A DNA stretch of 60,352 nt, counting the filler, from Nitrospinae bacterium RIFCSPLOWO2_12_FULL_45_22 (GTDB taxonomy: Bacteria > 2-12-FULL-45-22): NCBI GenBank assembly GCA_001803565.1. It is 8 parts of 8 records of this genome, joined end to end, with 100 filler letters (N's around TTAATTAATTAA, not from the genome) between each part and the next. Parts side by side here need not be neighbours in the genome. Positions count along the whole stretch, not along the records: positions 6,547 to 14,477 come from MHDQ01000185.1; positions 14,578 to 28,595 come from MHDQ01000186.1; 6 more parts are not named here. One strand, written 5' to 3'. Numbering within the stretch: the first letter of the stretch is position 1; each line of letters opens with the position of its first letter. Made by a program: the position numbers and the translations under genes. Of this stretch, positions 9,096 to 20,087 are shown piece by piece. The notes beneath the pieces are model-generated. The model saw only the letters and a program-made list of their open reading frames with translations, was not told the origin of the DNA and made no database searches.

Positions 9096-10870
9096 TGAGC
9101 ATCAGAAAGCTCTCTTTAATGTTCCTTATCTTGATCCTCCTCGGGAGCTACTTCTATTTTTATGAGATTAAGAGAAAAGGTGCCTTGCAAAAGGCTGAAG
9201 AGGCTGGCAAAAAGGTCTTTTCTTTAAAAAAAGAAGATATAGTTGAGCTAAAACTCAAAAAGGGGGATAAGAATATTGTTTGCCGAAAAGGAGATGGCAA
9301 CTGGAACTTAGAAAAACCCCTTCAGGCACCAGCCGATTCAATTACTATTGATGCTGTCTTGAGTAGCTTATTAGGGCTCTCTCGTGAAAGGGCAATAGAA
9401 GATAAGGTAGCCGATTTGTCCCCCTATGGCCTGAAAGACCCAGATATTGAGGTAGTACTGAAGAGCAATAAGGACAAGGTTGAAGGCCATGCCCTCTACG
9501 TAGGTGATAAAAACCCCACCGGATCCTTCCTTTATGTCAGGCAGGGTAACAACCCCGAGGTATTTTTAGTCCCTTCTAGCCTGGAGGCCGATCTAAGTAA
9601 AGAAGTGAATGATTTTCGTGATAAAACAGCAGTGAAGATCAATCCCCATGAGATACAAAAGGTGGAATTTATCAGAGATGGCCAGCAAATCCGCTGTGAA
9701 TTAGACCAGGCTAAGCAGTGGACCATAGTTGAGCCTATTAAATATCGAGCTAACGAAGCGAAGATTAAAGATTTTTTGGATAAAGTGCGAGAGTTAAAAA
9801 TAAAAGAATTTGTAGACGAAGACCCCAAGGAGCTGAACCCATATGGTTTAGATCACCCCTCACAGGAGTTAGCTTTCTGGAGTAAAAATAAAGAAGGTTC
9901 CCCAGTACGACTCTATTTAGGGATGAAGGACGAGGGGGAAAAAGGGGTCTATGCTAAACATTCCGATAAAAAGAATGTCTTTCTGGTAGAAGAAGGTTTT
10001 ATAACTTATTTGCCACAGCGAGTAGAGGAACTAAGAGACCCCTACTTACTTCGTTTTGACCCAGAAAAGGTGATCAAGTTAGGCATACAGTCCCCAGCCG
10101 AGGGGAATATTATATGCACAATAGAGCATGACCACAACTGGCAGTTGCAAGCACCTGTTAAAGTTAAGGCCGATGCTCAAGAAATAGATACCCTCCTTAC
10201 TAATCTCAAAGAGCTAAAGGTCAAGGAATTCATCAGTGATGAGCCTAAGGATCTACAAGAATATGGCCTGGCATCTGCCCAGATAAGCTATAATATCTGG
10301 GAAAAAAACCAGAAAGAACCCAAGACCCTATTGCTAGGTAAAGAAGAGTCTCCTAAAACAGGTTTTTATGCTAAAATAGAAAATCAACCTAATATCTTTT
10401 TAATAAATCAAGAAGATGTCAAAAAGATAACCAAGAAGGTCTTTGACCTTAGAGATAAATCTATATTAGCCTTTGAAGTGAGTGATATAAATAAGATTCA
10501 GCTCCGCTATCCAGATAAAGAGATCCTTTTAGAAAAAGAAGGGGATGAATGGAAGCTCTTAAAGCCCCAGGAAGCAAAGGCAAAATATGTCAAGGTTTTA
10601 GATTTATTATGGGAATTAAATGGTTTAAAATTTAAGGATATAGCCTCTGAGCAAGGGACTATACTACCTGAATATGGCTTAGATAAACCCCAGATCCAGA
10701 TCACCCTTTGGAAGGGCAAGGGAGAATCATGGGGCACTTTACTCCTGGGTGCTACCACCCCAGATAAAAAATACCTCTTTGCCAAAACTGCTTCTCATCC
10801 TACTATCTATAAAGTATCACCAGACTTTCTGAAGAATATCCCAACGGACCCTGCGGGGCTGCAAGGATAA
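9095..10870 (+). CDS. DUF4340 repeat protein
   Basis: N-terminal anchor and four repeats of W...P...AD...L..L....YGL..P; usual partner of GldG. Confidence 0.8.
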   Translation: MSIRKLSLMFLILILLGSYFYFYEIKRKGALQKAEEAGKKVFSLKKEDIVELKLKKGDKNIVCRKGDGNWNLEKPLQAPADSITIDAVLSSLLGLSRERAIEDKVADLSPYGLKDPDIEVVLKSNKDKVEGHALYVGDKNPTGSFLYVRQGNNPEVFLVPSSLEADLSKEVNDFRDKTAVKINPHEIQKVEFIRDGQQIRCELDQAKQWTIVEPIKYRANEAKIKDFLDKVRELKIKEFVDEDPKELNPYGLDHPSQELAFWSKNKEGSPVRLYLGMKDEGEKGVYAKHSDKKNVFLVEEGFITYLPQRVEELRDPYLLRFDPEKVIKLGIQSPAEGNIICTIEHDHNWQLQAPVKVKADAQEIDTLLTNLKELKVKEFISDEPKDLQEYGLASAQISYNIWEKNQKEPKTLLLGKEESPKTGFYAKIENQPNIFLINQEDVKKITKKVFDLRDKSILAFEVSDINKIQLRYPDKEILLEKEGDEWKLLKPQEAKAKYVKVLDLLWELNGLKFKDIASEQGTILPEYGLDKPQIQITLWKGKGESWGTLLLGATTPDKKYLFAKTASHPTIYKVSPDFLKNIPTDPAGLQG

Positions 10871-10890
10871 GGAGAGGGAGAGGGAATTTA

Positions 10891-11060
10891 AGAAATCACC
10901 CCGAAATATGCTGCTTAAGTTTTATCAGTATTATAATCATAAATCAAACGCACAGTACGCAAAGATAGGTATGTCGTAGGGAGTTAGCAGTTAACTACTC
11001 ACTCCTTACTGAACTTTGCGTTCTTTGCGCCTTGGCGATGTATAATTTAGGATGATTTCT
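10891..11060. repeat. MITE-like element with internal short-unit palindrome
   Basis: Imperfect terminal inverted repeats AGAAATCACCCCGAAAT / ATTTAGGATGATTTCT enclosing ACGCAAAG...CTTTGCGT units. Confidence 0.45.
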
Positions 11061-11105
11061 CCAGTACTTTCCTACTAGAATAGAAGCATGGAAGGAGGGG
11101 AGTAA

Positions 11106-12218
11106 ATGAAGAAAATAAAGATAGCTATTGTAGGGATGGGGAATTGTGCCAGTGCCTTAATCCAGGGGATAGAGTTTTACAAAAACAATTCTAGGACTGA
11201 ATCTTCTCCATTAGGCATTATGCATAACGATATAGCTGGTTATACCCCAGGGGATATTGAAGTAGTAGCCGCCCTCGATATAGATAAGCGCAAGGTAGGC
11301 AGGCCAATCCATGAGGCTATCTTTGTTAAGCCCAATTGTACCAAAATTTTTCAGCCTCATATGAAAGACCATAATGTCACCGTAATGATGGGAGAGGTGC
11401 TGGATGGGGTTTCGGAACATATGACGGAATATCCGGAAGATAGAACTTTTTTAGTGGCTGATGAGAAGCCGTGTGATGTAGAAAAGGTATTACGAGAGAG
11501 TGGCGCAGATATCCTCCTTAATTATTTGCCCGTGGGTTCAGAAGAAGCGGCTAAGTTTTATGCCCGATGCTGCTTGAATACTGGAGTAAGCCTTATTAAC
11601 TGTATGCCGGTATTTATTGCCTCTGACCCGATTTGGGAGAGGAGATTTAGGCAGAAGGGTATTCCTATTATAGGCGATGATATTAAGGCACAACTAGGGG
11701 CTACTATATTACACCGGGCTTTAACCAAACTCTTTACTGATCGGGGGGTTAAGATTGACCGGACTTATCAGCTTAATACTGGTGGAAACACCGATTTTCT
11801 TAATATGCTAGACCGCAGCCGGTTAAAATCTAAAAAAATCTCTAAGACCGAGGCGGTTAGATCCCAGATGGGCGCCCCTATAGAGCCGGAAAATATCCAT
11901 ATCGGCCCTTCTGATTATGTCCCCTGGCAGAATGATAACAAGGTATGTTTTTTGCGGATAGAGGGTCGTGGTTTCGGTGGAGTAGGGTTGAATCTGGAGT
12001 TGCGGTTGTCAGTGGAAGATTCTCCTAATAGTGCTGGTGTGGTTATAGATGCTATCAGGTGCTGCAAATTAGCCAGAGATCAGGGCTGGGCTGGGGCCTT
12101 ACTTTATGCTTCTGCCTATTTTATGAAGCATCCGCCCCAACAGATACCGGATGAACAGGCCCGTATTATGTTGGAGCGTTTTATAAAAGGTGAGAAAGAA
12201 CCCTTCCTAAGTCATTAA
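11106..12218 (+). CDS. ino1: Myo-inositol-1-phosphate synthase
   Basis: IAIVGMGNCASALIQG, NYLPVGS, GDDIKAQLGATILHR, YQLNTGGNTDFLNM, SKKISKT, DSPNSAG. Confidence 0.95.
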   Translation: MKKIKIAIVGMGNCASALIQGIEFYKNNSRTESSPLGIMHNDIAGYTPGDIEVVAALDIDKRKVGRPIHEAIFVKPNCTKIFQPHMKDHNVTVMMGEVLDGVSEHMTEYPEDRTFLVADEKPCDVEKVLRESGADILLNYLPVGSEEAAKFYARCCLNTGVSLINCMPVFIASDPIWERRFRQKGIPIIGDDIKAQLGATILHRALTKLFTDRGVKIDRTYQLNTGGNTDFLNMLDRSRLKSKKISKTEAVRSQMGAPIEPENIHIGPSDYVPWQNDNKVCFLRIEGRGFGGVGLNLELRLSVEDSPNSAGVVIDAIRCCKLARDQGWAGALLYASAYFMKHPPQQIPDEQARIMLERFIKGEKEPFLSH

Positions 12219-12255
12219 GTCATTTGTCTTTTACCAATGACCAAGTAACGATGTT

Positions 12256-12289
12256 AGGGTAGCCCCCTCTTACACCGGGGAGCTACCCT
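12256..12289. terminator. Hairpin between convergent ino1 and HU genes
   Basis: AGGGTAGC...GCTACCCT stem. Confidence 0.45.
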
Positions 12290-12304
12290 GGCCTGAGAGG
12301 GGAG

Positions 12305-12577
12305 TTATTTGACCGCTTCTTTCAATGCCTTACCTGGTTTAAACTTGGCTACTCGTTTGGCGGGGATTCTTATTTCTTTGCCTGTTTGAGGATTGCGTCC
12401 CCTCCTGGCTTTTCGCTTACCGATGGCGAAAGTACCAAAGCCCACCAGGGTTACATTCTGTCCCTTCTTAAGGGACTTGCTCACACCATCGACAAAAGAT
12501 GATAATGCCTTGTCTGCCGCCCCCTTACTAATTTTTGCCTCCTTGGCCATTTTGGCCACTATCTCCGCCTTATTCAT
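12305..12577 (-). CDS. hup: HU family DNA-binding protein
   Basis: MNKAEIV...VTLVGFGTF...RKARRGRNPQTGKEIRIPA...KFKPGKALK. Confidence 0.95.
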   Translation of the reverse strand: MNKAEIVAKMAKEAKISKGAADKALSSFVDGVSKSLKKGQNVTLVGFGTFAIGKRKARRGRNPQTGKEIRIPAKRVAKFKPGKALKEAVK

Positions 12578-12830
12578 CCCTTACCCCTCCTTTCGGTAAT
12601 ATATGGGTTAATGATTACGGTACTATATACCTATTGAAACCTTCTTTGTCAAGAGTTTTTTAACATGGTGTTCCCCAAAATTTATTCCTAGTGCCAATTA
12701 CCCGGCCAGAGAAGCGAGTAACTAACTGCAGAACAGGCATAGAGCGCAGAAAAGGATAAAATTTTGGGGAATGTTCCTCTTGACTTTCTCTTCCCCGGGA
12801 TGTAATTTTCCCCTAAAAGCAAATTCTTAT

Positions 12831-12980
12831 CTATAGTGAAAGACAAAAGAAAGTTGTCATTTCGACCGAAGGGAGAAATCTTTAGACAAGAACAACCATA
12901 ATAAAAAAATTTCGAAATTCGAAAAGAAGATTCCTCGCTTGGCTCGGAAGGACAAATTCCTACTCTGAACTTATTTAATA
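12831..12980 (+). repeat. REP/MITE-like repeat, left copy
   Basis: CTATAGTGAAAG end; contains GTCATTTCGACCGAAGGGAGAAATCT and AGATTCCTCGCTTGGCTCGGAA; 12851-12882 is a perfect 32-bp inverted match to 14212-14243. Confidence 0.75.
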
Positions 12981-14140
12981 TGAGCTCGAAACCACTTAAT
13001 GTCTTATATTTAGATGGATTCACGGTTCAAGGAAAGGACTATGACGCAAGCGACGCTATTGGGTATGGGATAACGGCATCGAAGGCCATACGGAATGGAC
13101 TTAGAAAGATGGGCTATAACCTGATTCGACCTAAACCCATGCCTATCTTACTAAAGGACCTCAATTCAGTCCGCCTGGACTGGTTTTTAAAAGGCTATAA
13201 AAAGACCCTTAGTCTCCTGACTACCGATCCACCCCATATTATCTTTATCTTCCATATTCTTCAACACTTTCCGGCCGAGATCAAAAGGATGCTTTTTGAC
13301 CTTGGCCTCTCTATTCCTGTTATTGGCTATACCCATGGAAGTCATTGGGATCCCACTGATACATTCCGCTTTATAAAATACCCGGAGTTTCACATCCTGG
13401 ATCTGGCAAACCTCTATAGCCTGGATAGGATATTGGTAGTATCCCATTATATGAGAAACACCCTGGTTCAGAACATCTCAAGATTCAATAATGAAGTGGC
13501 GGAGGAGATTGAAAAGAAAATAGATGTAGTAGGACTTCCCATTGACATCAGGTTTATAGATAGATTCTATACCAACGAAAGGTTTAAGAGGACTACTGTG
13601 GTCTTCAACCATTCTCTTCTACCGGGCAAAAATCCAGGACTATTTTTTAAGGTAATGGAGAGGATGCTAAAGGACTATGAGGTAAACTTTGTTGTAACCC
13701 GGAGGCTAAGTGTAAATGAACCATACTATAACCAGGTCGAAAAATTGAAACGGTCTTATCCTGAGATGCTTGTCCTCGGTAATACCATGAGCCTTGAGGA
13801 TTACTATAAGACCCTTTGGATGGCTGATATCCAGGTGTCTACTGCTACCCATGAGAGCCTTGGGATCGCCACTCTTGAGGCAATGTATACCCAAAACTGT
13901 TGCATCCTTCCTTCTCTCGGAAGTTACCCTGAGATCTCCGATGGGATAAAAGAAATCCTCTATGAATATGGTGAGGATGGATTATATGAGAAACTGGCAT
14001 ATTTTATTGTTAGGAGCGAAGAAAGGAAAGAGGTAGCTACCAGACTAAGACAGGTATCCCACAAATACTCTCCTGCGAATGTTGTATCAAACATATCAAA
14101 GGTAATAGAGGGGTTCGAGCTTAGAAAGGGCCCTTGCTAA
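12980..14140 (+). CDS. GT-B (GT4-like) glycosyltransferase
   Basis: THGSHWDPTD, VVFNH...KNPGLFF, ADIQVSTATHESLGIATLEAM (EX7E motif), GSYPEI. Confidence 0.85.
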   Translation: MSSKPLNVLYLDGFTVQGKDYDASDAIGYGITASKAIRNGLRKMGYNLIRPKPMPILLKDLNSVRLDWFLKGYKKTLSLLTTDPPHIIFIFHILQHFPAEIKRMLFDLGLSIPVIGYTHGSHWDPTDTFRFIKYPEFHILDLANLYSLDRILVVSHYMRNTLVQNISRFNNEVAEEIEKKIDVVGLPIDIRFIDRFYTNERFKRTTVVFNHSLLPGKNPGLFFKVMERMLKDYEVNFVVTRRLSVNEPYYNQVEKLKRSYPEMLVLGNTMSLEDYYKTLWMADIQVSTATHESLGIATLEAMYTQNCCILPSLGSYPEISDGIKEILYEYGEDGLYEKLAYFIVRSEERKEVATRLRQVSHKYSPANVVSNISKVIEGFELRKGPC

Positions 14141-14144
14141 GTCA

Positions 14145-14262
14145 CTATAGCGAAAGTCATAAATAAGTTGGCATATGGAAGCTGTCATTCCGAGCGAAGC
14201 GAGGAATCTTGAAGATTTCTCCCTTCGGTCGAAATGACAACTTAATTTAGTCCTTTACTATA
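14145..14262 (-). repeat. REP/MITE-like repeat, right (inverted) copy
   Basis: CTATAGCGAAAG...CTTTACTATA ends; internal GTCATTCCGAGCGAAGCGAGGAATCT / AGATTTCTCCCTTCGGTCGAAATGAC. Confidence 0.75.
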
Positions 14263-14402
14263 ATTAGAAACACTAAGGTTACCAAGGAGAAAGGTTAGCA
14301 GGGCAAGACCCTGTCAACTGTTAAAGGGTCACTACCCAAATTCTGAGGTGGCAAAAAATGGGGGTGGGCAAGGGATCATAAATGGTGTCATCCCAAAATG
14401 AT

Positions 14403-14477
14403 AATGTCCTATCTAGCCAAGATAGGAATGTCCTATTTTGATATAGAATGCCCTTTCATGAAAGGAGGGCATTATGT
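14403..14477 (+). mobile_element. Possible IS left end at a contig break
   Basis: AATGTCCTAT occurs twice, then AAAGGAGG RBS and ATG at the contig edge; contigs often break at IS copies. Confidence 0.35.
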
Positions 14478-14577
14478 NNNNNNNNNNNNNNNNNNNNNNN
14501 NNNNNNNNNNNNNNNNNNNNNTTAATTAATTAANNNNNNNNNNNNNNNNNNNNNNNNNNNNNNNNNNNNNNNNNNNN

Positions 14578-15217
14578 CCAATGGCAAGCAAATAGCGAGA
14601 CGGATATCGATCATTACAATATCTATGTGGGCTCTTCCCCCAAGGTTTATAATATCGAAGGCAACCCCTTCAATGTAGGCAATGCTACTTCGCTCACTGT
14701 TCCCGATGTCCCAGAAGGGGGTTACTATTTGGCTCTCAGTGCCGTAAATAGTGCTGGCCAGGAGAGTAGCTTATCAGAAGAGATAAGGGTAGTGGTAGGT
14801 GCTAAGCCGATTATTACCATAAGGAGCAATATGAATAGCTATTCTCCAGGAGATACCCTCAGCCTTTCATTTAGCCTCAGCAACCCTACCACTACTACTC
14901 AGGTAGTTGACATTTTCCTAGGAATTATCACACCGGATGGCAGTATCTACTTTTTCGACTCCTCTACCTTTCAAAGAAATCTGGTACTAGCCAATGCTAA
15001 TGACCCACGAACCTTCACCCCCGCCACCACTTCTCTGGAACTCAGTCCAGGATACGATTTCCCCATGACGCCTTTCTTTTCTGTGACCTTACCTACAGGC
15101 TTACCAGGAGGCACTTATCAGGCCTTTGCGGCCCTGGCTGAACCCGGCTCTGTACAGACAGGTTCTCCCAGACTGGTAGGGGATATCAGCCTTGCTTCCT
15201 TTAGCTTCACCCGATAA
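14578..15217 (+). CDS. Secreted protein, C-terminal fragment (FN3 plus conserved terminal module)
   Basis: QWQANSETDIDHYNIYVG...YYLALSAVNSAGQESSLSEE then KPIITI..N..SYSPGDTL module, near-identical to the ends of the two downstream large genes. Confidence 0.85.
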
Positions 15218-15507
15218 ACTATAAATAAAAGGGTTGAAATGGGGCTTCTGGGTTTAAAGAATACCCGCTAAGGATAGCGATTTGGACATCCTGGGGGTCA
15301 TGCCTTCATTTCTTACCCGATTTAAACGTTCTGTTTCCATCTATAAGGCTCTTACCGGAATTATTATAGCCAAGGATCTGCTGTTTCATATCTCTGAGGA
15401 GATAGGGGAGTAGAAAGATAACCCCTGAGATACTCATTACTACTATAATAAAAAATGCATTATATTATAAATGGTGGGGAGGACTATTACGCGACCGAGG
15501 GAAAGGC

Positions 15508-18500
15508 TTGAAAAGGAATATCGCAGGGGCTGATCCTTACTGTTATCGGGGGTTAATATGGATGAAGGAAATGGTCAGATTTAAAGATTTAATAAAATTT
15601 AATGTCCGCAAGGCCATTATTGGGGCACTGATATTAGTACCTTTACTTTATTCGGCGGCCCAGGCTGGCTGGAGTCAACAAACAATAGAAATGGATAGGC
15701 ATGTAGAAGCTATCTCGACAGATAAGGCTTTGGCTGTCGATTCTAGCGGAAAGCCACACCTAATCTATAAAACTTCTGATGAAAACTCATATTTATATTA
15801 TGCATATTACGATGGAACTACCTGGCAAAGGGAGATAGTAGCATCCATAGCTGTCTATAATGGTAGCTTGGTGTTGGATAGTAACGATAGACCCCATATC
15901 ATCTATTTTGATTATGAATCGAATAAAAAAGCTTTCTATTATGCCTATTTTGATGGTAACTCCTGGCAGACAGAGACTCTGGTAAGCTTGGAGAAATGGG
16001 GTATCGTGCAGGGCTCACTCGCTCTTGATTCAGATGATCATCCCCATATTAGCTATTGCATTGAAGGTGGTAATGATGATGTTAGATACCGGGACCTCAA
16101 ATATGCCTATTTTGATGGTAACTCCTGGCAAACTACCACTGTGGATAGTCAAATGGTACGTACCAATACTATTTATCAGGGGGGCCTTGCTAATTCTTTG
16201 GCTTTAGATAGTAATAATAGGCCGCATATTAGCTATGAATACACAAAGATAGAAACCGGCCATCAAGCTATCAAATATGCCCATTTTGACGGTAACTCCT
16301 GGCAAGTGGAGATTCTAGCAAGCAGCGATTTTGGTGGTCTTCGCGGCAGTTCCCTTGCCCTAGATAACTACGACCGGCCCCATATTAGCTATTTGGATTA
16401 TAATGCCACGGAGCTCAAATATATCTATTTTGATGGTAACTCCTGGCAAACCACCACTGTGGATCAGGGTAATACCGTTGTTGATTTTTCCCTGGCATTG
16501 GACCACCTTGACAGAACCCATATTGGCTATTCGGTCCGACATGATCAGGTAAGGTATGCCTATTTTGATGGCGCCTCCTGGCAAGTGACGACTATGGACA
16601 GTAAAGGTGGTTCCCACATTTCTTTAGATCTGGATCCAAATGGGCATCCACATCTGACTTATGCTTGGGATAGGAATACAATTAAATATGCCCATTTCAG
16701 TACAAACCAATGGGAAACCTCTACCGTAGATACTAGAAGTTATATAGGTAGTTATTCCTCGATAGCTCTTGACAGTAAGGATCGCCCTTATATCATTTAT
16801 CAGAAGGTTTATCCGGATATGGTGGAGCTGAAATATACTACCTATGACGGCAATACCTGGACCTCCGGAACCATAGACAGCGCGGGAGGAAATATTGGTG
16901 AATATAATTCCCTAGCCTTAGACCTCCAGGATCGCCCCCATATCAGCTATTATGATGCCGTGAACCAGGACCTCAAATATGCCCGCTTTGATGGCAATGG
17001 CTGGGTCATTGAGACGGTTGATAGTGAAGGTGATGTGGGTAAATGGAGCTCCCTGGCCTTGGATAGCAACAACCGGCCTCATATTAGCTACTATGATGCC
17101 CTCAACCAGGACCTTAAACATGCCCACTTTGATGGCAATAGCTGGGCCAATGAGACCGTTGATCATGAAGGAAATGTGGGAGAAGGAAGCTCCCTGGCGA
17201 TAGATAGCACAAATCGGCTTCATATCGCCTATGAAAATAGCAGCTCGACATCGATAAAGTATGCCCTATTTGATGGTCATAGCTGGCAGATACAGGGTAT
17301 AGGTTATAGTTTTTATCCTCCTTATCTAGCACTAGATGCTAATGACCTCCCTCATGTGATCTATAAAAATGGGGGTGAAGATTCATCCCGTTATACCTAC
17401 TATACCGGAACTAAATGGGAAGCAGAAGACCTCAATCAAGCCTTAGATGCCTTTCCTATCTCTATGTCTCTGAATAGCAAAGATCATCCTCGCTTCATTT
17501 TCAATTCTCAGTCAGGAATGCTTTACACCTATCGGGAAGGTTCCAGGTGGGTAAATCAAAGATTGCCATTACCTCCACACACTTCGCCTCTTTCTCTGGC
17601 TTTGGATAGCGCCGATCACCCCCATATCATCTACCGTGGCTCTCTATATCTCTATTTCACTCCCTCATTAACCAAACCTCATTCCCCCTATCCCAATGGT
17701 GAGTTTACCGCGATCCCATCAACTTTAAGCTGGACCATTGGAGACCCTGATCTCCAAGGGGGGATAGGTATAACTTATGACGTTTATCTGGATACTTACA
17801 GTGCCAGTACTTTGGTCTCTAAAGACCAGTCAACTACTTCATATACTCCCCAACAACCCTTCACCGCAGGTATTACTTACTACTGGAAGGTGATTGCAAG
17901 GGATAATAAGGGGGCTGAAATTTCAGGTGATCTTTGGACCTTTACTATAAGAAATTATGCACCCTATACACCCCGTATTCCCTCTCCAGCCGATGGAGCT
18001 ACCGGCCAAGCCATTAACCTCAACCTAAGCTGGCAAGGTGGTGACCCAAATTTGGGTGATACCGTCACCTATGATATCTATTTCGGCACTAACCCCACAC
18101 CTCCGTTAGTGATTAGCGGTTTAACTACCACCACCTATAACCCTGGAGCTCTGGCCTATTCTACTACCTACTATTGGAAGGTTGTGGCCAAGGATAGCCA
18201 GGGAGCGACATCAACCGGAGCGGTATGGAGCTTCACTACTGGTTCTGTCCCTAACAACCCGCCCAATACCTCTAGCAATCCTTCACCGGCAGATGGGGCT
18301 GCAGACGTTCCGATCACTACCAAAATAAGCTGGAGTGGTGGCGACCCTGATACCGACGATACGGTTAGCTATGATCTCTATTTTGGTACCAGTAGTAGTC
18401 CTTCGTTGGTTAAAAGCGGTCTGACCGAGGCCAGCTACAACCCCGGTACTCTGGCTTATGGGACTAAATACTACTGGCGGGTAGTAGCTAAGGACAATCA

Positions 18501-19301
18501 TGGGGCAGAGGCCGGAGGTGTGGTCTGGAGCTTCATCACGCAGACTCCCCCAAGCCAGGCTCCCAATACTCCCTCGGGTCTTAGCGTTACCATTAAAGGC
18601 CGCACCGTTTTTATCCAATGGCAAGCAAATAAGGAGACAGATATAGATCATTACAATATCTATGTAGGGTATGCCTCTAAAAACTATGATATAGAAGGAA
18701 GCCCGTTTAATATAGACAATGTTACTTGGCTCACTGTCCCTGATGTCCCGGATGGTACTTATTATATGGCTCTTAGTGCGGTAAATAGTGCTGGCCTGGA
18801 GAGTAGCTTATCGGAAGAGATAAAGGTAGTAGTAGGTGCTAAGCCGATCATTACTATAAGCAGCAATAAGAGTAGCTATTCCCCCGGGGATACCCTTACC
18901 CTTTCGTTTAGTATCAGCAACCCTACCGCTACTACTCAGGTAGTGGATGTTTTTCTTGGTATTATCGCACCCAATGGTAATATCTATTTTTTCGACTCCT
19001 CTCCCTTTCAAAGAAATCTGATATTAGCCAATGCTAATGACCCAAGAACCTTTACCCCAGCNNNNNNNNNNNNNNNNNNNNNNNNNNNNNNNNNNNCTTT
19101 ACCCCAGCTACTACCTCCTTGGAACTCAGTCCAGGATATGCTTTCCCCTTGACCCCATTCTTTTCTGTAACCTTACCTACAGGCTTAGCTGAGGGTAGTT
19201 ATCAAGCCTTTGCTGCCTTAGCCGAACCTGGCTCTGTTCAGTCAGGTTCTCCTGAGATAATGGGGGATATCAGTATCATTTCCTTCTCCTATTCTCCTTA
19301 A
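15508..19301 (+). CDS. Large secreted beta-propeller-repeat / FN3 protein with the conserved C-terminal module
   Basis: Signal-like AIIGALILVPLLYSAAQA; many SLALDxxxxPHISY...LKYAxFDGNSW repeats; three YYW(K/R)V.AxD Ig/FN3 units; the frame break at 19062-19096 is an assembly gap with duplicated flanks; exact start uncertain. Confidence 0.85.
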
Positions 19302-20087
19302 TAGTGGGGGATGTAACCTCTAAGTTAGAGAACCTTTTAATCCGGAAGAGTGAATATTTCAGAAAGTAATCTATACCCCTAAGATTACTTCACCAAATGA
19401 AAATTACTACGAGTAATATGACAGAGGGTCTCACCTATCCCTTACCAGATAAGCTAAAGAATTTATTTTATTGACAAAACACCCAATTTTCAATTCCCCT
19501 CATTTCCCCTGGTTTTGCCAATGGAGTGACTACAATTTTGACTACAGCCGGTAGAGAATAAAATATAAGGGGTATGCACTTGACTCTTGTAGATGCAATT
19601 TGTTATAGTTGACTAATGAAAGTGCCCCAATATATTGTATATTATTACAAGTTACATGAGTGATGTGCATATGCCTTTAAAATATTTATTGACATGAAAT
19701 CTGGGACTTGATAAAAACAAATTCCAGAGAAAAAAAACAGTATCCTTGAGAAAATCCCCCATAGAACCTAATAAACTTACCTCTTCTTGATAAGAACTAT
19801 TGGAGGGAAGAAAAATGGTTAAGTCCTTCTATCTGCCCCGATTTCTTCTGAGGCCGCAGCTACTGAACCACATACCGAACACCCAATCCTTGGGTTATTG
19901 AATATTACCTGAGTTCATCACTTAGATTAATAGACAATCTTATGAAGGGGGGCAAAGATGGGCAGAGCATTTTCCCTACCTAAACTATCCCTGAGACCTT
20001 GCCTGGCAATAGCAGTAATAATCTATCTTCCCTTTCTTATCCCTAATAATAGACTGGTTGCCCCAATCAATAGCTTGGAGTTGACCG

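Noticed and set aside
15700-17650. Regularly spaced DNA repeats (TTTGATGGTAACTCCTGGCA)
   Set aside because: These are coding repeats of beta-propeller blades within one ORF, not a CRISPR array or a DGR template.
19062-19301. Apparent frameshift and separate 60-aa ORF
   Set aside because: Scaffold gap with CTTTACCCCAGC duplicated on both sides; the paralogues show the gene is continuous.
19310-20080. Long AT-rich intergenic region as a possible ncRNA or CRISPR leader
   Set aside because: No recognisable structured RNA, repeat array or riboswitch motif was found by eye; an Rfam scan would be needed.
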